Shown piece after piece: positions 27,204 through 40,600 of a stretch of 60,027 nt of DNA. The stretch comes from Basidiobolus meristosporus CBS 931.73 (lineage: Eukaryota; Fungi; Basidiobolomycota): the NCBI GenBank assembly GCA_002104905.1, contig MCFE01000545.1:1-60027 (forward strand), in the 5' to 3' direction. The notes beneath the pieces were generated by a model, which saw only the letters and a program-made list of their open reading frames with translations, did no database searches and had not been told where the DNA came from. A program made the translations under genes and the position numbers. Position 1 is the first letter of the stretch. Each line of letters starts with the position of its first letter.

Positions 27204-28025
27204 TTAATTCTGGAAGATGAACTTCTTCAGCTTTTCGTAGGCAACAGCCAAGTCATCATTCACAATGATCTCATCGTGAGAGCCAGGCTGAGCGGCATAG
27301 TCCAACTCGGCACGAGCGGCGTCCAATCTGGCTTGACAGCTCTCTTCGGTCTCGGTGCCACGTCCGCGGAGACGTCTCTCGAGTTCGTCGACAGAGGGTG
27401 GGGCGATAAAGGCGAATCGAGCATTGAGATCGGTGTTTTTCACTGACTTCACACCTTGCTATTGGCAAATCGGATCAGCTGTTAGTTGGTGACGATTGCC
27501 GATTGACTAACTAACACTACACAACCATATCAATGTCCAAGATGCAGATCTTGCCGGAATTAACGACATCTTGAACGGCTTGAATAGAGGTACCTATCGA
27601 GTCGTGATCAGAGTCGAGCCCAATCTGGGACACAATAACGTAGAGGGCATACCATAAAGATTTCCCGAGAATTCAGCCGACTCGATGAACTTGCCAGCTG
27701 CAATCTCCTTTTCCATTACAGAGCGTTCAACAAAGTGATAGCTCTTGCCATTCTCTTCTCCAGCTCGAGGCTTTCGGGTGGTATCTATGTAGCAGGCAAT
27801 CTTTAGCATTGATGCAATCGAGATGGTTGCTATCTGGACCTACGGGAAATGCTGAAGCCAAACTCGTTGGGGAATTCTTGGAAGAGACGGGAGAGCAAGG
27901 TGCTCTTTCCAGTACCCGAGGGTCCGGAGATGACGATGGGGCCTAAAAGAGAGCTTCTTAAGGAGATGTTCAGCGGAACCTCAGACAAGAGGTAACTTAC
28001 GGGAAATCTTAATGGTGTCAGACAT
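27204..28025 (-). CDS. GUK1: Guanylate kinase, multi-exon
   Basis: [13 protein letters not shown]-loop, [51 protein letters not shown]. Confidence 0.95.
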
Positions 28026-28115
28026 GCGGAAAGTTGTCTATCAGAAAAAAAGGCATGAATTCACTCTGTTGGTATTTAAAAGCTGCTCAAGCTACTCACT
28101 TAAATTTACCAAGTT

Positions 28116-28287
28116 GCTAAATGGAATAGATTGATGCCTAAAGTATTGACCAAGTTACCAGATGGAATAAACTGTTGACTCGGCCGCTAAGTGTAGCTAA
28201 ACGGAATAAATCGATGACTAGAGTGGGGATCCTAACTTGTAGCTAAATGGAATAAATCAATGACTAGAGTGCTGATCCTAACTTGTA
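28116..28287. repeat. 46-bp tandem repeat (two near-identical copies at 28196 and 28242, two degenerate upstream)
   Basis: GCTAAAYGGAATAAATCRATGACTAGAGTG..GATCCTAACTTGTA read twice, with related ATGGAATA cores upstream. Confidence 0.8.
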
Positions 28288-28504
28288 GCGCATGTTGCTG
28301 CATCCGTATCTTCAACCATCGATGTTAAGCACAAAACAATATGTCACTGTTCCATCGAATACGCATCGCCCAAACCGAGGCTTGTTTTTCTCTGTTTGAT
28401 TCGCATTGGCCCACCAGGTACAAATACGAAGGAGCCGCAAACACTGGTGCACTGGACCTTTAATCACTTGTTCTTTAACATCATCAATTCTACACACGAC
28501 AAAC

Positions 28505-29715
28505 ATGTTACAGTTTGGCAGGTTCGATGGACTCTGTAATACACTCTCCTTGACCCTATGTCCCCTGGTGGGCCCAACCACAACCCGCGCTGTCCCCATG
28601 TGTTACTCGCGGAATGTTGACATTGGTGGATTCCTGATATTTCAACCTGGTTCGTGTCTATGGACTCGGGATGCGATGCGGAATGCGGAATGCCGATATA
28701 GCTGACCACAATTTACCTTCTTAGGTTCGCTGGCCATGTACGTGGTGACACTAATCATGATTTCCATTATGATCTACAATATCAAAGTCAAGTACACTGC
28801 TGTGGGTTAGTATGGTTCCTCTTGGCTCTGTGGGTCCGTGTAACTGAGCTCCAACGTAGGACGAAAGGAGATGGTTTTGTTCTTCTATTTCTTCACCATG
28901 TCCACCGTATTGGAGATGCTGCTCATTACTGGGATCATACCCACCGGCTCTAACGTGTACAAAGTAATGGTTTATTCTGCTGTTCGTCTGCTGTTCGACA
29001 TCCGCCAGTGTCTTAACGAGCTTGCTAGTATTTTACAGCTGCCCACCTGGGGCTCTTATCGGCAACAGTCTGGTGTCTACTCCTCAATGGATTTGTGGGT
29101 TTCCAGTGGGCGGAAGATGGAACTCCTCTGTCACTCTGGGTACTATTCTATTGGTAAATCAGCTATCATCACAGAGCATCACTGATGTCCCTTTTGAACC
29201 TAGTCTATGCGTCTGTCATCCATGCTGATACTGGGGATCGTGGCATTTGTTTCGTTCGCAACATTCGAGAACCTATTTGGTTTCTTTGACTCCAACAAGC
29301 CACTGATTCTCTGGATCGTGTACTTTTTCTTTAACGGCGCGGCCATGTGCATCTACTTCATCCTCCAGGTCGTATTGGTAGTTAACACGCTGGATGACCT
29401 CTGGCCGCTAGGTAAAAATCTCCATGTGCCACGCCGGATCCTTCGTCCATTAACACATTCTCCGTAGGTGGAGTGATATTTGCTGCATTCTCCTTTGTGG
29501 CAGGACAGGTGATACTGCTCCTGTTTTCGCTGGAAATCTGCGAGTCGACATCCCATTATCTAGACGGTCTGTTCTTGGAGATCTTGTGCAGACTCTTTGC
29601 CATGATGATGATTTACAAATATTGGGATTCGATCACTCGGGATGACTTGGAGTACACTGTCGACTGTAGGTCAGATCAATGGGAGTTGAAGGGGGGAGCA
29701 ACGCCACGTAAATGA
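28505..29715 (+). CDS. CHS7: Chitin synthase III export chaperone Chs7, multi-exon
   Basis: [11 protein letters not shown]...LCPLVG...[43 protein letters not shown]. Confidence 0.9.
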
Positions 29716-29902
29716 GTGCCCATTATTATATATTTATAATGTAAAAACCAAAAGTTCCCTTCGAAAGACTCGCCCTCTTTCATGAATATCTGCCATCGCT
29801 CTCATCGAACTACCCTTTCATTTGAACTTACATAAACACTTGATAACATAAATGGAACTAACAACGGGCTTTATGTCGTTGGGCGAATGTACAACTGAGA
29901 TT

Positions 29903-30802
29903 CTATTCTCTACGTAGATTATCTAGACGTGCCTGAAGAACTGCATCATCTGACAGCATTTCGGCCTGGGGCTCGCGCTCGGCAGTAGCCATCCCAGGGT
30001 TCTTGAGTGAAGGAACAGTATCGGATAGCTGGTAGGGGTTTTGAAATGAGCGATGGTTTGGTGGCAGCAAGACAAAATGATGTACATACTGATTGATCGA
30101 AAGAGATTCCGATTTCGTCGAACACTTGGTTAACAATGGCGTCCGTCTCCTCCTCCTCGTCTTCATCCTCCATCGCGTCATCGATGGCATCGCTCATCAT
30201 TTCCTCCTTCATATCCATCATCTCGCTCTCTCGTTCGAACTCCATCATGATATTTTGGATTTGTGGAAGGTTCATTCGTGAGTTCATGGATCTCATCGCC
30301 TTAGGGAGAAACCTTGGTCAGCCATGGAAAAGGGATGCAGCCTAGCCATACGTACCTTGGAGGCTCCTTTCATGGCTTCAGCCATCTGATTGTTCGAGCT
30401 GAGTGTCTATATGCGTACGGATTAGTCACTGCCACGACGCCCAACAAAAAGTTCCGATTCAAGGCCAAACCTGGATTCTTAGCGATACAGCCTGGAGCTG
30501 AGTCTTCATTTGGTAGAACTTCTGGATGTGTTTACGAGTGCGTACAAGATCCCTGGCCATAATTTTACAAGCATTCTGTTGAGAGGATTTCATAAGTTTG
30601 GTGAGTGAGCCCGGGATTGATGGCGCAAACAACCAACCATCTGGCCAGCTTTAGCGTTCTTTTTGATGTCAGCGATTAGTTTCTTTTCTTGTTGCTCCAT
30701 CTTGCCGCGCTCTCTGTCTAGTTCTCGCTGAGCCTTATTTAGAGCGCGTTGATGTTGACGAAGTAATTCGGCGGGGGATTTGCGGCGAAAGAAATTGAAC
30801 AT
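29903..30802 (-). CDS. DID4: ESCRT-III subunit Did4/Vps2 (CHMP2A), multi-exon
   Basis: RKSPAELLRQHQRAL..AQRELDRER, MNLPQIQNIMMEFERESEMMDMKEEMM, LQARLDNLRRE* MIM1 tail. Confidence 0.95.
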
Positions 30803-31202
30803 GTTTAAAGTGGGGAAAAGATGTGTGGATGGCGAGTGCTATTGACGTTATGAAGAAGATTACCACACAGAATTGGCACTAAATGGGATATGCTCGATTC
30901 TACGTGTACCCCTAATCGCAGTTGGACTCGATTCCATAGATTTCCGGGATTTCCGAGATTTCCGAGTATTGCTTGTAGCTTGCGGAAATTGGCAGGACCT
31001 TCAAAGCTTAAATTAGTAACATTTATTCTTTTTTCCAGATGGATCGCACATTCACGAGATGTTAGGGCAGCATTCAGTCCATAGATGATTTGTTCATCCC
31101 GTTTGTAGTCTCGTTCCTGGCTTTTTATTGTTTCCCTTCACGACCATTTTTTTCGAAGCTCAGCTCCATAGACTCACCTTGTAATATATTCATAGCTGAA
31201 CC

Positions 31203-34200
31203 ATGTCGAGAGAACCCATACCGAACGGTAAGTGGGGATTTTTCGGGGCGTTCCTGGACGAGGAATGTTTATTTATCGTGCGTATTTTGACCATTGGAAC
31301 ATGTAGATCGGAAAACACGAGAGCAGATTGTTCAAGTGATAAAAAACCAATTTGAACTTGAATTATTACTGAAACAACGAGAAATCTTGACGATAGAAGG
31401 AGAGCTAGAACAAGGGGAAAAGTTACTCAAGGATTTACGGGAGGCGATTTCAGGTAGATAATTTACTCCCAGAATCATTTTGTTCTGTAAGTGCGTTCGC
31501 TGAAGCTCGAATCGAATTCGCTAGCCGGGATACAACTTGCGGCTGGAAACCAAACTCGCAATACATCGTCGACGGAATTGGGTGATTCTAGCCCGGTAAC
31601 CAAAGGTGGGAAGGGGAAGAACGCCGCGCGGAAATCTTATGATGCTTTGTATAGTCGTCGGGCCGACGGTACCTTCGTAAAGTAAGTTAGCAACGATGAC
31701 TTCGAAGCACTGTTACTGATAAGGACATTGGAACGTTTAGACTCGCTTGTCCAGAATGTGGTCGAACAAAGTTCTTGAATCAGCAAGGATTCATTAACCA
31801 TTGTAGAATTTCCCATGACTTGGAGTTTTCGTCTCACGAGCAATCGAACTACTTGTGTGGAACTCCGGTGGTATGTTTTGTTCTTGTCAAAGTGATAAAT
31901 GTTTAGTGTACCAGTGCTAAGAATGGACCCTTTCAGGACGAGTCTGAGGTTCCCCTTGATCATCCATGCAGAAGACGAATCGCCACACATTCATTAGCCA
32001 CCATATTTACGAAGGGTGGTGGCCTAGGGTCGATGGAAAGGTATCTACCACATGCATTTGATTTTGTTCACCTGGCCTCTGATGTCATTGATTGTAGGAA
32101 ACTAAATGACGAGATGAAGGACCAACTCTCCACTACATTACATGGAATGCAAAAGGTGACTTCAATCAGCCAAGAATATAACATGGCCAAAATGTAACCA
32201 TTCTTTATTGTAGCCTACGATCAAGGTGTTCGAGGAAGACGTGGATTTGGACAACGAGGAGCCATCGTCCGCTCAGCCCCGCCTATCGTCCAAAGCAGTC
32301 AAAAGCGTACAATCAAAATCCACACCTTTAAGAACCTCCTTCACATCCGCCTCGTCTTCTTCATCCTGTTCATCGTCATCGTCATCCTGCTCATCATCCG
32401 ATTCCGATTCCGACAGCTCGGCATCCTTCAACTTTGGTAAACGGCGAAGGTCCATCCTATCCAAATATCCCAGGAAGAGAGACCAACCGTCAGGAAGCGA
32501 TGGCCCAGAGTTTGGGCATTCGGGGAAATCCTGCAGGAAGCACTATAAAAACTCTTCTCACGGATCCAACAAGCATCCTAAGTATGCAGGCAAAATGCCG
32601 ACCAAATACTTCAGTGGTAAGCGTATGAATGTAAATACTGAGATAAAAGAAGAGAGCGACACTGGCGATGACGAGAAGGAGGAAAGCGCCTCCAACACCA
32701 TCCTACCATCTAGAAAATCCGTAGCACCCACAAACCGTTACACCAATCCACATTTATTCAGTGATGATGCCAATACACTAGATTCCAGTCAAGAAGCTGT
32801 TCATGGAGGTACTATTGCATCCGATCACCTAACCTCGCTATTCCCGACACAGGCTTCATCGACACTCGATCTTCTCCCTGTTGTTTCTGCTCAGGAATCT
32901 GGTCATGTTAATGACATAGATGCCTCGCCTTCGGAGGTGCTTGTCGCTGATGCTTCCTCCATGGATATGAGAATGGCCCAACAACTACAATCATCCGATT
33001 TACCTCAGTCATCAAGTACTACTACCAACGTCCGGGAAGCACTCGAAAGGGAGGAAGCCCAGTCTGATATGGAGCTAGATGTTAGTAATAAGACAGAGTT
33101 GGCTAATCAGTATAGTAGCAATGCGGAGGAAACCGTATCGGGTCCTCTTTCCAATATAATAGAGCAAAATGAATGTGCCACTCCGTCCGACTCGGCTAAG
33201 CTCAATCAAAACTCTCCAAATTGTACCATAGTATCTTCAGAGTCTCAATCACATGACATTCACGGAATGGACCTGGATGAGAGTTCATCCAACGTTCAAA
33301 AAGCCCCGCTGGCTTCAGAATCTAAAGTGGTGCCCGATGACGCTCAACATGGGGGTGGATACGTGCCATCCAGCAGTCGAGTATGCTCCCTAGGTCGATT
33401 GGAATCACCGAATTCCGAATCCGAAACCTTGGATGGTAGCTCATGCCAGACAACGAGAAAAGACTCGGACGTTGATGGTGAAGCGCAAAGTCAAGAAAGC
33501 TTTATTAAAGCCGAACCTTTGGATCATGACAGCAGTAGAGATGCAATTGCCAAATCAACCGCCTTCCTGAAAAGATCCACTTCGATTACTCCAGAATTAT
33601 CGTCTACATCCACCCCCGCAACGGTAGCTCAAATAGAAACATATAGTCCACCAACCAATTTGGGAACGGCCACCATCAACGAAAAAGAGGACAAATCTGT
33701 GAATCTTACAGCTGGTGGAGAAAGTGCAACCCCAAGCTCGATTGTCGCGAACAAAACGTCAATTACCTCGCTTCCTACGTACGACTCATACGCTAGTGGC
33801 CTTCGACAAATACTCTCGGCCACCAACAATCAACATCATGGGTCCCGATTCTACATCAAGAAGCGAGTGATCGTAGGGAATGTCTCCAAATTCATACCGA
33901 CCTCGAGAAGAAAACGTGGCATGGAGCACTATTCACACAAATGGATGGTTTACGTGGAATTCCCAACTCAGGAGAAATCTCAGGACTTTATCAGTAAAGT
34001 TCGAGTCTTTCTCCACCCCAGCTATAAGCCTCACGATGTTGTTGACCTCGAGCAGCCTCCTTTCAGGCTGACCCGCTACGCCTGGGGCGAGTTTCCAATC
34101 AGACTGCAATTGCACTTCTATGACTCCAGAAATAAGCCAGTAGACATTATTCACCAACTGAAGGTTTGTAGAGCTATATATTGACATTTACAACCTCTGA

Positions 34201-35240
34201 CCATTTCCTCATGCTCCATAGCTTGACGATGAGCGTACAGGGCGCCAGGTTCTCGGTGGAGAACGCTTCTTTGATCTTGAATTAGACCGTAATACAGTCT
34301 TCGGTAAAGAGGGCAGGCTAGTCGAGATGGCTACTAGTGGATCAATCATTCAAACTGTCAACGGTTTATGTAAGATTTGTGGAACAAATCATCAAGTTAC
34401 CTCTGATCACCCCAACTACTTGCTCGGACAAGAATGCAAGATCATTTTGGAAGAGATCAACTGCGGAGTGAAAGCATTCTCCAGCCTAACCAGTTCTAGC
34501 GAACTGGGCCGTGAGTTGGGAGATGACTGGGAAGCCGATGTTGATCACGGTACAACTTCGAATTCCGTATTTAACCAGGATCACGTGCGCTAATTAAGGT
34601 TTCAATTGCATAGATGACGAACTTGATATAGATATTGATGACGATTTTTCAACGAGCTCCTTCACGAGCACAGCAAAGGACATAGTAGCGAAAGCCACCC
34701 AAACACCACTATATCAAGAGATCACCCTTGAAAACCCCCACCGGAATGCAAGTGTAGAGCAGAGAAAGGGAACCGAGTGGATTTGGAAAACCGTCAACCA
34801 GCTGAACCTCCCTGGAACCACTCGATTGACCTCCACTCTCAACCGGCAAAGAATGAAGCTTCACTCACATCCTGAAGAGCAACGAGCTCAAATAGGAAAC
34901 CTGTTGTTAGAGGTATGGTATTTACTCGAGCGTCGGCTTGTAGGCCACGTTACTAACCTGAGTGGCTTTAAATTAGATCGGGAAGATCTTTCTTACACGG
35001 TTGACGAAGCGCACTCTCCAAATCCAGGCGGAATTTTCAGCCGAAAACAGCTCCGAGACGGACCATCAGAATCCAATGTATGACCAGGACTACAACCCGG
35101 AGGAGAAATTCGCAAGCTCGTTGAAAGCCAAGAACCCAAAAGACATGCTGACCCCGTTGCATTTGGTGGAGGCGCTCCTAAACCACCCAGAGGAGTACGA
35201 CTTCCTAACCAATGAATACCTGTCAAGCCAGCGCCAGTAG
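31203..35240 (+). CDS. YEATS2-like protein: Ahc1-like N-terminus, long S/D/E-rich linker, YEATS domain and C-terminal block
   Basis: QFELELLLKQREI...; YSRRADGTFVK-LACPECGRTKFLNQQGFINHCRISH (Ahc1-like); KRVIVGNVS...HKWMVYV...VRVFLHPSY...PPFRLTRYAWGEFPIRLQLHF (YEATS). Confidence 0.8.
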
Positions 35241-36405
35241 AGACGACGCCAAGGATACGTTAACGTTGATGGTGGTGTAGCTTCTGTATATTTTGATTTA
35301 ATGTTTCAGACCACCGTTTCCAGTTGACCAAATTGGGGAGCTCCATAAATTAGTTTAATAGCGTTTGCTAACAAATATTTTACCTGGCTGTTGTACCCTC
35401 CGATTGGCCTCCTGACGACTTACAACAGCGAGGATTGGGAAAAGTGGATAATTTCCACCGCACGCACGTGAGCCACTCAGTAACTCCGCGTGTAAAATGG
35501 GCCACGAAAGAATCGGAGGTGGCTGGATGACTTCGTGTCATCCGATTGGAGGGAATTCAACCGAGAATCCAAAATGAATAAATTGTAGGTAAAGTAAAAG
35601 TGCCGCATCGACATTCGCAAAGCCATGTTCATACAAGAGGGTGGCAATGGTTAAGACATCCGAAGAGGATGGGCACAACGGATCTTGGGTGAGATAGGGG
35701 CTGATGACCCGAAATCACATTCCCTGGCCGTTCTGTCAAACTTGACAGGAGGTTCCACAGCCTTACCCTCACCCTAACCCTAAGCACCATTGCTTAGGTG
35801 CGTCTGCTTGTATAGCCATAGCCACCTCTACAGATTACGTATATGTGAGAAAATATGTTATGCAGCCCATAAATGGGACTAGATTAGGCATGGTGTTTCA
35901 TCATCTTCCCACAAAGCGGTAATATTTCGAGGTAAACGTCCATGATTTCGACCCCCGAAATGAGTCATTCTCCTGGTGGCCCCCCGAAGTGGATATTATT
36001 CCAGTATGGTAGACAGGGTTGGGGAAAGGGGAGATATCTAGGAAAAGTGGGGGAGGGGAGGTCGGATTTTCAAGAGGTCAGGAGGAATGGCTTGATGATC
36101 AATTCTTCCCCATACTTTTCCACGGAATCGCACCGAAGCGCCCCAATATGTATCCCAAATCGCTCCGGTAATGCGATATTTCTCCAAGTAGCTGTAGCGA
36201 TTGTTTAACTCGAGGAAGGAAATTAACCTGTCAACCGCACCCTGATTCCGTATTAAGCAAATGTTGGGACCAATCGTAATGACGATTCATGGTTGTGTGA
36301 AGCCTGTCAATTTAACCCATCCGTCATACGTCGGGTCCATAAAACCGTACACACTGTACATTTTTCTTGTTGTCCTTTGTTCCCAACTTCCATACCTTAT
36401 TCACA

Positions 36406-37970
36406 ATGCTTTCTTCCACTCTCAAGAGGGCTCCCAAATGCATTTCTACTGTCTCCAAGGTTCGTGCTAGCAGCACCTCCTTGAGCGCCTTCTCCACCTA
36501 TGCCCTCAGAGCTGTGAAAGGTGCTGCTCGTCAGGCCCAACCCCAAATGTCGGCACCCGTATTTTTGGCTGCCTCCAAGCACCTCCAGTGCGTTTTTCCT
36601 GCGTTGGTCATCTACACGTCCCTTTTGCTAACCTTTCCTCTCTTTTCAGAAACGAGCGTAGCCCCTTCCGTTTCCAAAGCAGATCTTATGGTAAAGTCCC
36701 TTCCCCAGCGACCGTTTTTGGCCGACGGTGTTTCTAACCGGGACCGAATTTTTTTTTCTACAGCCGACCAAGTCGTCAAGGTCCCTTCCTTGGCCGAATC
36801 CATCACCGAGGGTACTTTGAAAACCTGGATCAAGAGTAAGTGCAACAAGTTGGCCCCGTTGGTTGTGATCACCTTGCTTACCACCGTTGAATAATAATAG
36901 AGGTTGGCGATTTCGTCCACCAGGATGAGGAGGTCGCTTCCATCGAGACTGACAAGGTCGATATTGCCGTCAACTCCCCAGTGTCCGGTACCATTCTTGA
37001 AGTTTTCGCTCAAGAGGAAGATAACATTGAAGTAGGAGCCGATTTGTTCAAGATTGAGCTTGGTGATGCCCCCGCTGAGGGTGCTGCCAAGCCTGAGGCT
37101 CCCAAGGAAGAACCAAAGAAAACTGAGCCCAAGAAGGAAACTCCCCCACCTCAAGCAGAGAAGCCCAAGGCCGCCGAGCCTACGCCTCAAGCTCCTAAGC
37201 CATCCCAGCCCCAACAATCCTCCATTCCACCCGCCGCCACCTCTGGCAACCCTCAAGAGCAATTGGGCGCCCGTGAAGAGCGTAGAGTGAAGATGAGCAG
37301 AATGCGCCTCAGAATCTCCGAGCGTCTCAAGGAGTCCCAAAACGTTGCTGCTTCGTTGACCACCTTCAATGAGATCGACATGAGCAACTTGATGAACATG
37401 CGTAGCCAATACAAGGACGCCGTCTTGAAGCAACATGGCATCAAGCTCGGATTCATGTCCGCCTTCGTCAAGGCTACCACCCAAGCCCTTCAAGCTGTTC
37501 CTGCCGTCAACGCCATCATCGAAGGAAACGACATCGTCTATAGAGATTACTGCGATGTTAGTGTTGCTGTTGCCACCCCCAAGGGTCTCGTTACCCCTGT
37601 CCTCAGAAACGCCGACAAGATGAGCTTCATTGATGTCGAGAAGACCATCTTTGAATTGGGCCAAAAGGCACGTGACAACAAGATCACCATCGAGGACATG
37701 GCCGGTGGTACCTTCACCATCTCCAATGGCGGTGTCTTCGGTTCTTTGATGGGCACCCCCATCATCAACATGCCCCAAGCCGCTATCCTCGGTATGCATG
37801 CCATCAAGGAGAGAGCAGTCGTTGTGAACGGCAAGGTGGAAAGCCGCCCCATGATGTATGTTGCCCTTACCTACGACCATCGTATCATTGATGGCCGCGA
37901 GGCGGTGACATTCTTGGTCAAGTTGAAGGAAGCTGTCGAGGATCCTAGAAGATTGTTGCTCAACGTTTAA
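36406..37970 (+). CDS. KGD2: Dihydrolipoamide succinyltransferase (E2 of 2-oxoglutarate dehydrogenase), mitochondrial
   Basis: Presequence; [13 protein letters not shown] and ETDKVDI lipoyl domain; [20 protein letters not shown]; [12 protein letters not shown]. Confidence 0.97.
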
Positions 37971-38382
37971 ATGGCTCGCACGCAAAACACTTGTTCTTTA
38001 AAGAAGACAGCCTTTGTAATATTTCTTTTCAGTACTCATAAACATTAATTCGTAAAATAAAGCATGTTCCCAACCTTCTGGAGAGTCAATCAGCATCTTA
38101 CCTTAACTAGTCGGTTGTAGTAACCTAGCCCTAAGCCTTAAACCCTGAATTTGATTGAGATCTGGACGGCCCAGGTGATACGAAAGGTATCTGCCCGCAG
38201 CTAATAATAGTAGCCAATACTGGACCTTCCCTGGCATTTAGTCATGTGGATCTTAATATACGCCTCCGATGTCGCACAGTGTCAGGCCTTCCCCAAACTT
38301 TTACTCACAAACGGGGCCTTTTGGTGAATATTTATTGCCTATTTATGGCCGGGCGCATCAACTTCCTCCATTTTTTCGCGCA

Positions 38383-39076
38383 ATGACCAAGTCTGAAAGA
38401 CAAAAGGCTTTGGATGAGGAGTACTTCCGAGCCGCCGATCCTGAACTCTCCAATATCCGGCTGAACGCCCGTCACCTCCTGGGAGAATACAATGTTACCA
38501 AGCCTTACGAGGCCGAAAGCCGCACCAAGATACTGAAGTGCCTATTCGACTCGTGTGGGGAAGGGATCTGCATTGAGCCGCCTTTCTATTGTGACTATGT
38601 CAGTCGGCGCAAGAGAGCGTTACGAAATTATAGGCGACTAACGCGTTTGGTTTAGGGGTCCAATATCTCTGTTGGGAAGAACGTGTTCATGAACTTCAAC
38701 TGCGTTATTCTGGATTGCAATCGGGTGGAGATGGGGGATGATATCCTAATAGGCCCCAGCGTTCAAATCTATACCGCCTCCCATCCTTTGGATCCAGAGC
38801 TGCGAGCCAGCAGAGCTGACCTGGCTCATCCTGTAAAGGTTACCATACTCATGTTCCTATTCTCAGCAAACGTTGTCTAACTCATGATCTCGCTAGATTG
38901 GTAGTCGTGTTTGGATAGGCGGTGGTGCTATAATATGCCCAGGTGTTACTATAGGGGATGGGGTCACGATTGGTGCTGGCAGTGTTGTCACCAAAGATGT
39001 GCCTCCATATGTTGTTGTGGCGGGAAACCCAGCAAGGATAATCAAGAAATTGCCTATTCCCGAAACCAAAAGCTGA
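38383..39076 (+). CDS. Maltose/galactoside O-acetyltransferase (hexapeptide LbH family)
   Basis: [72 protein letters not shown]; two introns. Confidence 0.9.
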
Positions 39077-39739
39077 GTTGCGAATGCCATCTAAATGCTT
39101 GGGAAATAAATGATTGTTATGCCTGTTTGACATCAACATCGTGGTGTCGGAGTTTATTGGTCAAAGATCGTTTGCAAAATCCATAATTTCCATGGGGTCA
39201 GCTTGAGATTGGGGGTCTTGGTCAAGATATCTGCAAATGTGAGTGTGAGGGAATCCATTGGATCTGGCACTCATTAGGTTAGCTTCCCGGATGTACTTGA
39301 CTAGTGATCCGCTAACAATCCATTTCAAAGTAATTTTATCATTGGCACTGAGCCCAGGACTGTTATCGATGGAGTGGCTTAAAGCAGATACTTGTCTAGG
39401 GGCGCGGCGAGAAGAGGGTTCTCATTATGTTGGACTGAGCATGCTAGCCGTGTTCTACATCTCTTATATACTCCAGAACATTAACACAACTTTAGTGCCA
39501 CTTTGCTTACCCAAAGAATAGCATTACAGCCCCCTTATTTATACCCGGAAATCAATTTCTGAGTTTGTCCCCAGTATTGCTACACATATCGATCATCTGT
39601 GATTGACACAAAGACGGCCCATAATAATAAAACGGGTTAAACAAACAGATGAACATTGGAGACTATAACATCCAGTTGTCTTTTCAAAATCGTATTGCTG
39701 TGGTTGCGTGAATTATGTGAAGAGTAGCAAACCTTTTTG

Positions 39740-40560
39740 CTAGCTTTCATTCATATGGCACTTCATGATTTGGCATATCGATGTATCTGTTCATCGGGTA
39801 AACCCATCCCATTTCCTGAGCATCCCCTTCAGCCAGTCCTCCTTCTTCCCGGCCAGTGGAATCGTATAGAATACTGAGACATGCTCTACTGTTTCATTGG
39901 GTTCGTAATTTCGGCCATACTTGAGCAGTGACTCGGCGATATCCACCTACATCTCAAGTTGAGTATGATCATCATTTGAAGCTTCGAACTATTCGTTGGA
40001 TCGTCTGATACTTACTGCACAGCCTCTAGTGAGGAGCCGCACATACTGAAGAAGTTCTCTTCCACACACACCTCCACAACCTCGAAGATCTGGCAGAGGA
40101 ATGCCGATAAAGCAAGTTCAGACTCGGTGGCAGGTCTCTTGCATTTCCTGGCCTTCTCCGCTTGAGTGGTCCGCTCGACGATCCTCAGGTATTCGTTGAA
40201 CTCGCCCATCTCATACTGTTGTCTCAACTTCCCACGTGACAACTTGCCCAATGAGTTCTTGGTAAGCCTATTTGCTGGCAGAGGGCAAATCACACTAGGT
40301 GCTTGAGAACAGTTGATGGCCAACTTCTGCCGGATGCTGGCATGTGTACTGATCAGTGTTTCCTCATCAGACAGGGAGAATGTTGGAAGGTAGAAGACGG
40401 CGATTTGCTCTGTTTGTGAGCCTGTGGGTCGGATAGGACAAACCGCTACGAAGGAAGGGGCGATTTCTTGAAAATTCTGTAGCATAGCCTCCTGAGAATG
40501 GTGATGGTATCTTAGATAGTGTCCTAGGCCTATCTAATCTGTCTGCTCTTTGAACTTCGG
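39740..40560 (-). pseudogene. Inverted, internally deleted pseudogene copy of the NRPS-like gene
   Basis: 40012-40485 is the reverse complement of ~43470-43942 (about 5 aa changes in ~150). 39740-39960 is a frameshifted copy of the TE C-terminus (~44750-44950). It keeps the GTAAGT intron donor, so the duplication happened at DNA level. Confidence 0.9.
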
Positions 40561-40600
40561 TATCTTCAGCGTTCTAATGAGTAGTCTGCTTCATTTAGCC

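Noticed and set aside
35687-35724. Hammerhead-like CTGATGA-CCC-GAAA
   Set aside because: Stem II is impossible with 3 nt, and the cleavage triplet lacks the required U (GTGAGA).
35761-35783. Telomere-like ACCCTAACCCTAA upstream of KGD2 (similar short tract at ~38125)
   Set aside because: Too short to call an interstitial telomere. Could be a Tbf1/Teb1-type promoter site or chance.
36612-37985. 457-aa antisense ORF over KGD2
   Set aside because: Typical shadow ORF caused by strong codon bias of a highly expressed gene.
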